A DNA stretch of 63,735 bases, filler included, from Octopus bimaculoides (GCF_001194135.2; 9 parts of 6 records of this genome joined end to end with filler, not necessarily neighbours in it); one strand, 5' to 3'. Numbered from the whole stretch's first letter, positions 12,216 to 25,031 are shown. Numbers and translations are program-made. The notes: a model not told the origin generated them from the letters alone.

Positions 12216-12652
12216 TATATATGTTTGTGTGTGTGTGTGTATGTACATGAAGTAAACTTACAAGCTCCAAATATCGATTTCTGGCCCATATTTCTCGGAA
12301 GGATTAAATAATTCTGGTGCAGCATATTCTGGTGATCCGCAGTGGGTTTTCATAAGGTTGTCTTTAGAAAACGTATTGCTTAACCCAAAATCTGCAAAAG
12401 ACAGAGAGTACAAAACATTAGAAATAAAACAAATATATGTGTGTGTGTATACAATCTTTAAATTTGATCACTGATAGTTTCATGCCATGGAAACACAATA
12501 TCTGAGAACATCTGTATCGCTTGCCAGTGTTTCCAAGCAATCCATCAAGCTGACTACCTGTGATCAACCTTATTTGAAGAACAGGACACCGGTCTTTGAG
12601 AAACCATGAGATAAAACCATGCATATTAAATTTATCTCACACTGTATTCTTT

Positions 12653-12958
12653 TATTTCTTTCAGTCATTTGATTGCGGCCATTCTGGAGCACCGCCTTTA
12701 GTCGGCCAAATTGACCCCAGGAGTTATTTTTTGTAAGCCTAGTACTTATTCTATCGGTCTCTTTTGCTGAACTGCTTACTTACGGGAACATAAACACACC
12801 AACAATTGGTCGTCAAGCGATGGTGGGGGAACAAACACAGACACACAAACACACACACACAAATGCACAAAATCTCCCCCCCCCCATATATATATATATA
12901 TATATATATATACGACAGGCTTCTTTCAGTTTCCGTCTACCTAATTCATTCACAAGGC
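12653..12958 (-). mobile_element. SINE family A, 5' part missing
   Basis: Same modules as 7735-8128; ends abruptly at the RTE fragment. Confidence 0.85.
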
Positions 12959-13548
12959 TGTAATGTTAGTGTGCATACACGACAGAGTGTAAGTGCCTTG
13001 AGAGAAAAGTTGGACTTAAGAAACATCAGATGTGGTGTGCACGAGAGACGACTGCGCTGGTATGATCATGTGTTGCATATGGATGAGGATAGCTGTGTGA
13101 AAATGTGTCACACCCTAGCAGTGGAGGAAATCTGTGGAAGAGGTAGGCGCAGGAAGACTTGGGATGAGGTGGTGAAGCACGACCTTTGAACATTAGGCCT
13201 CACCAAGGCAATAGTGAGATCTTTGGAGATCTGCTGTGCTTGAGAAAACCTGGCAAGCCAAGTGAGACCATAACCCATGGCCTATGCCAGTGCATCATAA
13301 ACAGCCTGACTGGATCCAGCACGACTGGCTCCCATGCCAGTGGCATGTAAAAAGCACCATTCAAGCATGGTCAATGACAGCACTGCCTGACTGGCCCCCG
13401 TGCCGGCGGCACATAAATAGCATCCATTCCACTCTTGGAGTGGTTGGCGTTAGGAAGGGCATCCAGCTGTAGAAAGTTTGCCAAATCAGATTGGAGCCTG
13501 GTACAGCCTTCTGGCTTGCCAGTCCCCAGTCAAACCGTCCAACCCATG
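12959..13548 (+). mobile_element. RTE LINE 3' fragment (ORF2 C-terminus + 3' UTR)
   Basis: IRCGVHERRLRWYDHVLHMDEDSCVKMCHTLAVEEICGRGRRRKTWDEVVKHDL, followed by the RTE tail. Confidence 0.88.
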
Positions 13549-13715
13549 CATGGCTTAGTGGTTAGGATGTCGCACTCATGATCTAGTGATTATGGTTTCA
13601 ATTCCTAGACTGGGAGGTGCATTGTGTTCATGAGCGAAACACTTCATCTCATGTTGCTTTGCGATCACTTCGACACTGCCGCATGGCACACTGTGCACCC
13701 ATTCAGACAATGTCA
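13547..13715 (+). mobile_element. tRNA-derived SINE family B, 5' part
   Basis: A box TGGCTTAGTGGTT and B-box-like GTTTCAATTCC; homologous to 18237-18530. Confidence 0.8.
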
Positions 13716-13880
13716 NNNNNNNNNNNNNNNNNNNNNNNNNNNNNNNNNNNNNNNNNNNNNNNNNNNNNNNNNNNNNNNNNNNNNNNNNNNNNNNNNNNNN
13801 NNNNNNNNNNNNNNNNNNNNNNNNNNNNNNNNNNNNNNNNNNNNNNNNNNNNNNNNNNNNNNNNNNNNNNNNNNNNNNNN

Positions 13881-13887
13881 CATCATT

Positions 13888-13933
<46 letters not shown>

Positions 13934-14275
13934 CCATCACTATCATCATCACGACCACCACCAACACCACCATCATCACCATCATCCATCATCATCACCA
14001 TCATCATCATCCATCATCCATCATCCATCATCACCATCATCCATCATCCATCATCATCATCATCCTCATCATCATCATCACCATCATTTAATGCCCGCTT
14101 TCCAAGTCCGAAGACTGCACCGAAGCTCTGCTCTCTGTTTCGGCAGGGTTTCTACACTTCTTACAGCTGGATGCCCTTCCTAACACCCACCACTTTACAA
14201 GGTGTATTGGGTCCCCTTTTCTTTTAATGTGGCCTCAGCAGCAGTAAGCTCACCAAGTAACTTGCAGGACAAGAT
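13881..14275 (-). mobile_element. RTE-type 3' tail on minus strand with expanded (CAT)n tail
   Basis: CAGCTGGATGCCCTTCCTAACAC and CATTTAATGCCCGCTTTCCA are revcomp of the tail at 10160-10394. Confidence 0.78.
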
Positions 14276-14302
14276 CCCTCAATTTTATATATTAAACTGA
14301 GT

Positions 14303-14467
14303 AACTAATCAATTGTTTCGTTAATCATTCGGTCAAACAATCAATTAGCTCGGTTTGTCTATCAGAGAGGGCGTGTCCACAGATCAGGTTGCAAATAGTG
14401 ACGAAACGACTTTGACAAAATTAGCTAATTGAATGATTGGCTACACAATTAACACAATTGATTAGTT
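14303..14467. repeat. Imperfect foldback with nested inverted repeats
   Basis: AACTAATCAATTGT..GTTAAT (14303) vs ATTAACACAATTGATTAGTT (ends 14467); inner CAATCAATTAGCT vs AGCTAATTGAATGATTG. Confidence 0.7.
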
Positions 14468-14497
14468 GATTGGCGAAATAGTTAACTTGTTGACAAC

Positions 14498-14542
<45 letters not shown>

Positions 14543-14557
14543 TGATAATAATAATAA

Positions 14558-14683
14558 TTCTTTTTACTATAGGCACAAGGCCTTAAATCTTTAGGAGGAG
14601 GGGACTAGTTGATTATATCGACCCCAGTGTTCCACTGGTTTGTATTTTATTGACCCCGAAAGGATGAAAGGCAAAGTCAACTT
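14558..14683 (-). mobile_element. OR-like SINE, 3' half, preceded by (TAA)n
   Basis: ATTCTTTTTACTATAGGCACAAGGCC...GACCCCGAAAGGATGAAAGGCAAAGTCAAC. Confidence 0.8.
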
Positions 14684-14928
14684 GTGTGTGTGAAGAGAAA
14701 GGTGGAGGTTGTTTGTTTGCGGTGGGGAGCGAGGGTGATTACACCTGAGTTGAGAAAAAAGAATAGCATATCTTCCATCGTATGAATTCTCATTAGAACT
14801 ATGCTAAGCAGCATTAATTAAAATGTGATAATTAATTCATTAATTAATCAAATGGTTATAATGTTTGAAATAACCTGAGAGTGAAATTTTAAAAATAACT
14901 GATAACAGTGTGTAACAAAATTTTTATT

Positions 14929-15300
14929 TATTAGCTCTGCCTTAGCAAAGGCAGAGGTACTGTTTTCAGTCACGTTTGTTTGTTTGTCTGTGGACAAGAT
15001 ATCTCAAGAACTGCTGGATGGATTTGGATGAAACGGTCAGTGATATTTGGCCTCATGACTGGCACAAACTGATTAGATTTTGGGATTGATCTGGTACCGA
15101 ACAAGGATTCAGGATTATTTTTCCGTTTTTTGTTTTACTTAGTTTTTGAGAGCGGTCAGGTTCATTTTTAGTATTCTCGTTTGTGAGAGCAGTCGAGTTT
15201 ATTTCAGATATTCTCATTTAAAAAATAATCCCTGGCTAATCATTGAGAGGACATTGGTGTTGCCTTGGCAGAGGTTTGTGCTCTCTGAGCGCTCTTGGTT
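14929..15300 (+). mobile_element. HINE/DINE-1-like non-autonomous Helentron (Helitron2) element
   Basis: 5' CTCTGCC (14935-41) with adjacent inverted GGCAGAG (14950-56); 3' GGCAGAG (15267-73); 3' hairpin GTGCTC-TCT-GAGCGC (15278-92); T-rich flanks; internal GTTT/GTCT repeats. Confidence 0.75.
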
Positions 15301-15844
15301 TTCTTTTGTCTCTGGTCAGTAAATGTTATTTCCTATTTGTTTCTATCTAGAAATCAAAGGAAATGACTACTATTCCCTTCAAACTTTGCCTTTGTTACCT
15401 GGACATTAATGTTTTGAAACTGACCTATTTTCAGTTGCATTTCAGACAGATTCAGTACTGAGTTGCTGACGCAGAAATATCATTATAGCAAATATTCTGC
15501 TCAATGCCACAGATTTGCTTGTCAGTTGCTTGACCTTAACCACTTGAGCATGTATCTTAGAGGCTGACAATATGTGCATCTCTGATGATGAGCAGGAGTA
15601 GTGGGGGAGCATCAGAGCCATGTGTTGAGAGGGATTTGAATAAATGTAAGAAAAGTTTGAAGGAAATATTAGTCATTTTCCATACTTTCTAGGGGTAAGC
15701 AAATAGAAAATTACAGTTGCTACCCAAGGACAAAAATCATGTTATACCACGAAGTACGTAACTGTTTGGTTCTTAAGGTTTGAAATAGTTTGTTAGGTGT
15801 GTTTTTTTCTTTTTTATCTCATCAGTACTTTTGGAGAATTTGTC

Positions 15845-16230
15845 GGGTGCAAGACTTATTTCTGAAGCCTAGTACTTACTCTATTGGTGTCTTTTGTTGA
15901 ACTGCTACATTACAGGAACAAAAATACACCAGCACCAGTTGTGAAGTGCTAGTGGACACATACATACACACACACACACACACACACGACGAGCTTCTTT
16001 CAGTTTCCATTCACAAGGCTTCGGCCAGTCTAAGGCTATAGTAGAAGACATTTGCCCAAGGTGTGACGCAGTGGGACTGAACCCGGAACCATGTGGTTGG
16101 GAAGCAAGCTTCTTACCACACAACATATATATATATATATTTGTACGTATATATGCACACGCAAACACATACACACATGCACTCAGACAAACACACAATA
16201 GGCTTCTTTCAGTTTCCCTCTACCAAATTT
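15845..16230 (-). mobile_element. SINE family A, degraded and partly duplicated
   Basis: GCCTAGTACTTA.TCTAT, TTCTTTCAGTTTCC and GTGGGACTGAACCCGGAACCATGTGG modules. Confidence 0.8.
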
Positions 16231-16314
16231 CAACCCCAAGGCTTAGGTTGAACTGGCGCCACAGTTTTGAATTGAACACAAAGGCCAGTAGTTTGTAACA
16301 CAAACTTCTTAACT

Positions 16315-16367
16315 AGTAGTAGTAGTGGTGGTGGTGGTGGTCGTCGTCGTTGTCGTTGTCATCGTCA

Positions 16368-16428
<61 letters not shown>

Positions 16429-16473
16429 TGCAGTGGCAGTGTTGGAAGTAATAGTAGTGGTGGTTATTGTTGC

Positions 16474-16504
<31 letters not shown>

Positions 16505-16512
16505 GGTGGTGG
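16315..16512. repeat. Compound trinucleotide microsatellite (TAG/TGG/TCG/TTG)
   Basis: Directly visible. Confidence 0.95.
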
Positions 16513-16835
16513 AGGTGTTTTTTTGTCTTCATTGTTGTTGCTGCTCCAGTACTTTCTACATCACACAAACAGTGCACACATTTTTTCTCACTGCAAATGC
16601 AAAAACATGACAGCTGATGATGTCCGGTTGATTGGAGAAACACAGACAGGCCGATCTGACCTGGATTTGTAAACTAGATATTAGAGTTGAGTCATTGGAA
16701 AAGGAGGGCACTCGACGTGGTCACTTGATCGGCTAGAAATAGCAGACATAGACAAACCTCCTCCAAGTCGAATCCCATTGAGTTTTAAGATGATCGCTCA
16801 CCCCCAGATTTGCATCTTTTTCCCCACCATGACAC

Positions 16836-17240
16836 ATTACTCTTTTACTCTTTTACTTGTGTGAGTCATTTGACTGCGGCCATGCTGGAGAACCGCCTTT
16901 AGTCAAGCAAATCGACCCCAGGACTTATTCTTTGTAAGCCTAGTACTTATTCTATCGGTCTCTTTTGCCGAACTGCTAAGTGACGGGGACATAAACACAC
17001 CAGCATCAGTTGTCAAGCAATGCTAGGGGGACAAACACAGACACAAACACACACACACATATATATATACATATATACGATGGGCATCTTTCAGTTTCCG
17101 TCTACCAAATCCACTCACAAGGCTTTGGTTGGCCCAAGGCTATAGCAGAAGACACTTGCCCAAGTTGCCACGCAGTGGGACTGAACCCGGAACCATGTGG
17201 TTGGTAAGCAAGCTACTTACCACACAGCCACTCCTGCACC
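16836..17240 (-). mobile_element. SINE family A, full length and low divergence
   Basis: Tail TACTCTTTTACTCTTTTAC through head CACACAGCCACTCCTGCACC, with internal (CA)n(TA)n. Confidence 0.9.
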
Positions 17241-17339
17241 TGTTTTTTCTTTCCTGTTTTTAGTAGATGTGGTACAAATAATTTTGATATCCTCCTGTAA
17301 TTACCAAACCAAGCTCTGCGACCAGTGTTAAAATAAGGA

Positions 17340-17490
17340 ACAAACCCATCCATCAATCCATCTTCATTCCCCGATTCCTGGGAGGGTGATGGAGGTAGCG
17401 TCCTCAGGCACTTCCTCCATAGGGTTCTGTCAGAAGCGACCTTCATTACGCTTTGCAGCTGGATTTCTAAGTGTGACCAACTGAGGCTGT
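17340..17490 (-). mobile_element. RTE LINE extreme 3' fragment (second tail type)
   Basis: MKVASDRTLWRKCLRTL C-terminal motif followed by a (GATG)-like tail. Confidence 0.65.
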
Positions 17491-17495
17491 AGACC

Positions 17496-17560
17496 AGTGT
17501 TTCTTAACTGGGGTTCCCTGGCACCCTAGGGTCCCACAAAAGGTTCCTGGGCGTTCTCCG
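17496..17560 (+). mobile_element. hAT-like MITE terminus
   Basis: Starts CAGTGTTTCTTAACTGGGGTTCC, a Charlie/hAT-style TIR; partner end not found. Confidence 0.4.
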
Positions 17561-17951
17561 AGAAAGAGTGGGATAAGCTAATGCTAATTTCATGATCGTA
17601 ATATTACTGTACATGCACAACATATTATTGGTTATTGTAATATACACACACACATATCTACACCCCCAGAAAAGTTTATAAATATAACACCCACAGAAAA
17701 ATTTAGACATATAACGCCACAACACACACCATACACCTCATTCCCGCACAGAAACCACATTATTAATACAAACTATCTCCACTCCAGTGATGACTCGTGC
17801 CAGCTCAACAACACACCTAACAAAGGGACATAACTCCTAGCAAAATCCCCTGGACCTTTTTTCATTTCATCACTTTTTTACAGCCGATGCCAACCAGTTG
17901 TGTTAATCCACCTCTGGCAGTGGAAAGCAGTCGCCATATTCCCTTCCATGT

Positions 17952-18041
17952 CAGCTACCTCTGATGAGCGTATTTCTATAATCGGTTTGTTGCCTAACAC
18001 TCCATTGTATTTTTTGTGCGAAACCGATTAGTAAGACCAGC
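17952..18041 (+). ncRNA. Minimal type I hammerhead ribozyme motif, partly degenerate, probably in a Penelope-like 3' end
   Basis: CTGATGA (17961-67); stem II GCGTA/TGTGC; GAAAC (18020-24); GTA triplet (18031-33); stem I only CT/AG paired. Confidence 0.6.
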
Positions 18042-18073
18042 CATGATGGATACTTAATACTATAATATTCAGG

Positions 18074-18129
<56 letters not shown>

Positions 18130-18165
18130 GCCATCATAGACAATGGACATATGTGTGTGTATGTA

Positions 18166-18204
<39 letters not shown>

Positions 18205-18236
18205 ATATGTATATGTATGTATGTAAGTGTGTATGT

Positions 18237-18530
18237 GCATGGCTTAGTGGTTCGGGTGTTGCACTCCTGATTGTGAGATTATGAGTTCAATTCCTAGACT
18301 GGGCGTTGCTTTGTGTTCTTGAGCAAAGCACGTCATTTCATGTTGCTCTGTGATCACTTTGACATCCGACATGTGGCACTCGGTTGCACCTGTACAGGTA
18401 ATGTCAATTTGATGGAGGGAGCAAGCTCATGTCTACACAAACATTTGATCACTATAAACAAATCATCCGTGCGGTTGTTCAGTAAGGAATTGTTGAACCC
18501 ACATACATCGTCTAATGACAGGAGAGTCCA
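18237..18530 (+). mobile_element. tRNA-derived SINE family B
   Basis: A box TGGCTTAGTGGTT, B box GAGTTCAATTCC; body shared with 13547-13715 and 50320-50490. Confidence 0.82.
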
Positions 18531-18560
18531 TTATGTATGTATATATATATATAAATATAT

Positions 18561-18603
<43 letters not shown>

Positions 18604-18732
18604 TATATATATACATATATATACATATCGGGCCTCTACACAATTTCCATCTAGTGCCATAGCGTACTGTGGGACTGAACTCAGAAACATGTGGTTGTAA
18701 AGTGAGCAGCTAAATCACGTAATCACATATGC

Positions 18733-18768
<36 letters not shown>

Positions 18769-19196
18769 CCATGTATATATTGTACGCATGTATGTATTGT
18801 CTGCATTGTATGTATGTGTATGTATGTATGTATCCATGTATGTATATGTGTGTGTGTATGCATGTATGTATATATGTATATATGCATGTATGTATGCATG
18901 TATGTATGTATGTATGTGTATATGTACTGTATGTGTGTACATATGTGTTTGTGTATGCATGCATGTATGTACATATGTATGTATGTATGCATGTATGTAT
19001 GTATGTGCATATGTACTGTATGCGTATGTNNNNNNNNNNNNNNNNNNNNNNNNNNNNNNNNNNNNNNNNNNNNNNNNNNNNNNNNNNNNNNNNNNNNNNN
19101 NNNNNNNNNNNNNNNNNNNNNNNNNNNNNNTATGTATGTACGTGTGTGTGTGTGTATGCATTCATGTGTGTATATATGTATGCATGTATGTATGTG

Positions 19197-19430
19197 TTAT
19201 TTCTTTACTACCCACAAGGGGTTACACACAGAGGGGACAAACAAGGACAGACAAACGGATTAAGTCGATTATATCGACCCCAGTGCATAACTGGTACTTA
19301 TTTAATCGACCCCGAAAGGATGAAAGGCAAAGTCGACCTCGGCGGAATTTGAACTCAGAACGTAGCGGCAGACGAAATACCGCTAAGCATTTCGCCCGGC
19401 GTGCTAACGTTTCTGCCAGCTCACCGCTCA
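19197..19430 (-). mobile_element. OR-like SINE (second tail type), young full-length copy
   Basis: TTTCTTTACTACCCACAAGGGG...GGATTAAGTCGA...GACCCCGAAAGGATGAAAGGCAAAGTCGACCTCGGCGGAATTTGAACTC...CCAGCTCACCGC. Confidence 0.9.
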
Positions 19431-19475
<45 letters not shown>

Positions 19476-20919
19476 CATGTACGTATGTGTGTATATGTAT
19501 ATGTGTGTGCATGTGTGTGTGTGTATGCATGTACGTATGTGTGTATATGTACTGTATGTAGGTATGTATATATGGATGGATGGATGGATGGATGGATGTA
19601 CCGTATGTAAGTGTTGTATGCATGTTATAGAAACCCTCCATCATATTTTGACATTCTACAAATCATAGCTAAGTCTCCCTTAAATCATGCCATCCTACCA
19701 CTCAAGATGCTGTTGCTGCTGTAACTGCTGCTGCTGCTGCTGCTGCTACTAATGATGATGCTAATGATGACAGTGGTGATGGTAAGAAGGCTGACGATGG
19801 TCGGGGGAGGGCTGCAGCTTTTAGAAAACATCGGCAGTGTTTGATGGTGGTGGTAGTGGTGGTGGTGGTGGTGGTAGTGGTGGGGGTNNNNNNNNNNNNN
19901 NNNNNNNNNNNNNNNNNNNNNNNNNNNNNNNNNNNNNNNNNNNNNNNNNNNNNNNNNNNNNNNNNNNNNNNNNNNNNNNNNNNNNNNNNNNNNNNNNNNN
20001 NNNNNNNNNNNNNNNNNNNNNNNNNNNNNNNNNNNNNNNNNNNNNNNNNNNNNNNNNNNNNNNNNNNNNNNNNNNNNNNNNNNNNNNNNNNNNNNNNNNN
20101 NNNNNNNNNNNNNNNNNNNNNNNNNNNNNNNNNNNNNNNNNNNNNNNNNNNNNNNNNNNNNNNNNNNNNNNNNNNNNNNNNNNNNNNNNNNNNNNNNNNN
20201 NNNNNNNNNNNNNNNNNNNNNNNNNNNNNNNNNNNNNNNNNNNNNNNNNNNNNNNNNNNNNNNNNNNNNNNNNNNNNNNNNNNNNNNNNNNNNNNNNNNN
20301 NNNNNNNNNNNNNNNNNNNNNNNNNNNNNNNNNNNNNNNNNNNNNNNNNNNNNNNNNNNNNNNNNNNNNNNNNNNNNNNNNNNNNNNNNNNNNNNNNNNN
20401 NNNNNNNNNNNNNNNNNNNNNNNNNNNNNNNNNNNNNNNNNNNNNNNNNNNNNNNNNNNNNNNNNNNNNNNNNNNNNNNNNNNNNNNNNNNNNNNNNNNN
20501 NNNNNNNNNNNNNNNNNNNNNNNNNNNNNNNNNNNNNNNNNNNNNNNNNNNNNNNNNNNNNNNNNNNNNNNNNNNNNNNNNNNNNNNNNNNNNNNNNNNN
20601 NNNNNNNNNNNNNNNNNNNNNNNNNNNNNNNNNNNNNNNNNNNNNNNNNNNNNNNNNNNNNNNNNNNNNNNNNNNNNNNNNNNNNNNNNNNNNNNNNNNN
20701 NNNNNNNNNNNNNNNNNNNNNNNNNNNNNNNNNNNNNNNNNNNNNNNNNNNNNNNNNNNNNNNNNNNNNNNNNNNNNNNNNNNNNNNNNNNNNNNNNNNN
20801 NNNNNNNNNNNNNNNNNNNNGCATGTGTGTGGGGGATGGGAGCCCCTCCTATTTATATTAATTATTTTTTTTAATTACATTCCATCAGCTGCTGCAACAT
20901 GAACAAAACAAACATTCTC

Positions 20920-20960
<41 letters not shown>

Positions 20961-21420
20961 CTACAGATGCACACACATACCTGCATCTATATACACACAC
21001 ACACACAACATATGCACATGCAGATTAATACACAGGAAAACTCACTCACACATCTACACACAGGCGCATACACGGCTTAACACACACATATACACACACA
21101 TATACACACACCTGCATCAGCACACACACACAGATATATACACACACACACATAGAAGTATATATACAAAACATACACACACATACACACACACACACAT
21201 ACATATGCAGCTTAACACACACACACACACAAATGTACTCACACTCAAAACAGATACATAAATATACATAGATACATGCATACACACTTGAAATACACAC
21301 ACATACATGCTGTCACACAAACATGTGCACACATGCACACATAGTTATTCAAATACATGCACACATGCATTTGCATATTAACACACCCACACACACACAC
21401 GCGCACACATACACACACAT

Positions 21421-21451
<31 letters not shown>

Positions 21452-21616
21452 NNNNNNNNNNACGCACACATACACACACATACACACACACACACATATA
21501 TATACACACACACAACTATTCAAGTCCACACACACACAAACACATGATTGTATATTAACATGCACATACATACACACACACACATACAGAAATGCATCTT
21601 ATCACTCAAGCACATG

Positions 21617-21660
<44 letters not shown>

Positions 21661-21791
21661 ATACATACAGAAGTACTTAAACACACTCAAACAATCACAT
21701 ACTTGTATTCAAATACACACATACACACACACACAAATGTACACACACATTCATTTTAACATAGACACATAGAAACGGTCACTACAATGCA

Positions 21792-21835
<44 letters not shown>
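20920..21835. repeat. Long degenerate (CA)n/(CATA)n microsatellite field
   Basis: Directly visible. Confidence 0.95.
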
Positions 21836-21837
<2 letters not shown>

Positions 21838-24800
21838 CTGTTTAGCCTCAAGCAAACCCTGTTTAAAGATGGGCCAACCATGACAATCCAGGGCCATTTT
21901 TACTATCATTATACCAGGGTTTGCATCCTTCTTTATCTAAAAGGACTGAATATGATTCTGTGGCTCCGGCAGAAGATAATNNNNNNNNNNNNNNNNNNNN
22001 NNNNNNNNNNNNNNNNNNNNNNNNTTAATTAATTAANNNNNNNNNNNNNNNNNNNNNNNNNNNNNNNNNNNNNNNNNNNNATATATACAGGCGCACACAT
22101 GGTACAGAAACATACGAATACTCAAACACACTCACACACGTGTTTATATGTATGTTTGTGTGTATGTATGTGTCTGCAGTGACAATGAAAAATAATTTTA
22201 TAAAATATAACAAGTTTGAAGCAATAGTATAAAGGAATTTAAATGCTCATATGAAGAAATGACGCCATTACAGAAGAAAAAACCTAACTGAAGTGATGCT
22301 TTTTAACAATAGAGCAAATGGATATGACCAATTATCTTCTAAGATAATAAAATTAAAAACTTTCAAGAAATCATCGATTTATTCAGAAACACAAAATACA
22401 GTTAGACATTGAATTCTTCTTAAATATTCCCCTTCATTTTCCTGTCAACTTTCTGTCTATAGAATTGTTTTTCTAAATGTTTCTGTCTGTATTTAATTTT
22501 GTTTTGTAATATATTCATATTATATGTAAAGAACATATTTTGATATATTAAAAATGTCATGTAAGAATATGGTTAGAAACATGATACTTCAGAATTCTTG
22601 TAAAATATGTGACAAATGAATATTCATCTTAGCATTACTTAGGACTGCGTAAAATCCATCCATACAAATACACATAATACATATATAAACATGTATGTTA
22701 ACATAAATATATGCATGCACTCATATATATCTACATCTCTCCGTTTTTTCTCCCTCTCCATTTTTCCTCTCATCCCTTTCTATCGAAACCTCAAAGTCTT
22801 TTCCATTTTCCCTCAGTGTTAAACTAATATACGTGATTGTTATTCCCGCACCTACAATTGAACCATATATATATTTCGAATTTGTGTTGGTCACAAAACT
22901 GAATCCTCTTTCATACTATAATGTTTTTGACTTTTATAATACTGTATCATTTCATCACAACGATATAATTTAAAAATAAAAATGTTTAACGTGATTTAGG
23001 AGTAGATTGCAAAGCTTTTGTGACTGAATGCAGAAAATTACAGATATAGCGTTGTCAAGTATTAACTCCCCGTGAGGTTCATGACTGTTGGTAACTTATC
23101 TTGAGTTAAGTAATAAATCGGTTATAGGATTATCGATAAAGATTTTATTTTTTCACAATATTCATATTTGAGACCATTTTATGATGACAATTGCAATGTG
23201 AAATAAACATATAGGAATGTTTACTGGAATTCAGTTATTTAATCTCGTGATAGACTTATTGGTCTTTATTACAATGAGCCAACGAAATAAATTTTCCTGT
23301 CATCCTATCGGTGGCAGTAAATAAAGTCAAACCTTGGGGTGATTTTGTCGCCTACAACCTATCAGACAGTGCTAGGAACCAATATTATTATAATTCCAAT
23401 ACTCTTTTCTCTGCCAGACCGTTATACTTATCGAAATTCAGCTTGTTTGTGACTTGTAAGACTAAACTTTCTTTCCCATCGAGACGACTCAGTGATAATT
23501 ACGAACTGCCAGCTGTTTGATTGTTAGTCCAAAATCCGAAACTTTATCTACTGAGAAAGTTGTTACAAAGATTTAGGTCTTTGGTTAAACAAAGAATTAA
23601 GAGAGGAATATTTGATTAAATTCTCTGTCTGTTGTTATGAATTGCTTTGGACAGGTATAAGTGGTAGAATGTAATAATTTCCTCTATATGACTAGCGTTG
23701 GACAATTGAAAGTATAATATGATTTGAAAATTATTATGTGAAATTTCCAATGAAACAATCAAATAAGATATTTGCTTCATGTCTGCGTATCAGTACGAAA
23801 GGAAAACGTTTAAATTAACACGAGTACAGATCTTTCTTTAATCCATTTTATTGTTTTCAAAATTAGAAATTGTGACATTTACTACATTCGAGAATGCTTT
23901 GCTCGGAGGACAATTGAAATTGTTATTGCAGTAATTCCGGAAGTTTTGAAGAATACAAATGTTGAATATGAATCAATTTACATGCGTTTACTTTATACGT
24001 TATGAAACCAATGACTCGTATTGTTTTGATTTTGCTACGTAAATAGAGACACAAACAATTGATTTCGAAAGTTACTTTGTGATTTTAGAACATTATATCG
24101 CGTTCATAGAGTCTTATGATTAGATTAGTATTAAACAGTAATTTACTTCGTGCCATAAACAATGAAACACACCCCGAAATATTATTATATGATTATAAAT
24201 GTATCAACATACATATAAGGGCGTGAAAATTGAAAATATATTAAATTGCATTATATATTTATTTAAAACACGAACTAAACACCTCCGTAGACTAAGAAGT
24301 ATGTTACTGCTAAATCGAAACTGCGACCTAATTTCGAGTCCCGATTCAAGTTGTATCTTATAATAACTCACATCTGCAATGACGTACAATAAGTAAAATA
24401 ATGTGTTGTTCCTGTTATCTTAAATACATTAATACAGGTAATTTATCACACCAGATTGTCTCAATGGTACGAATTAACATGAAACTACTAATGTAGTATT
24501 TTAAAACATGTCTTCCGAAAAGATTGCTGCACGCGAGTGTGACGTTACATTTTAAACACAGATTAACTCGCTGTAGATTTTTCCCCAGATTATTTCAATA
24601 TCAATCGCGCTTTTTGATTAATCAATATCTGTATAAAGTTGAAAATCTGAAAAGTGCTGCTTAAACTGAGAGGTTATCATATTTTTCCTTGTTAAGTATA
24701 TGACAACTCTTGTAAAATAGACGGGACTTGGCTAACGATATTTCCTGTCAATTGTACTATTCACCCTGGATATATAACGGATTTATAACGAATCGTGATG

Positions 24801-24933
24801 GATTTGATTACAATATTTTATTTACAACTAATCAATCGGGTGGACCGTTTAGTATATTGAGTTGTACAATTTTACTGTGACAGTAAAAAGCCATTAGTCC
24901 ACGTTGTCCAAATTTATGCACATCCACTATTTT

Positions 24934-25031
24934 TCAAGTATCCAGACGTGACCATCTGTTTAAATATATACCTGGTGGTATGTCTTCTTTTACGACTTTC
25001 CCTATAAGTTCTCCTGCGTTTCTTCTCCCTA
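24934..25031 (-). CDS. Candidate terminal exon of a small secreted peptide precursor (LGRRNAGELIGKVVKEDIPPGIYLNRWSRLDT*)
   Basis: Acceptor TTCTTTTTATTGTTTAG| at 25032; phase-1 start compatible with the donor at 25526; TGA at 24936-34; AATAAA at 24822-24817 (minus). No homology evidence. Confidence 0.35.

Noticed and set aside
16548-16672. Possible plus-strand terminal exon YFLHH...GRSDLDL*
   Set aside because: Only 41 codons, no partner exon or homology; its CTGATGA...GAAA also fails hammerhead pairing.
23525-23545. Kinase-like KVSDFGL on minus strand
   Set aside because: Stop 12 codons later and no other kinase motifs nearby.
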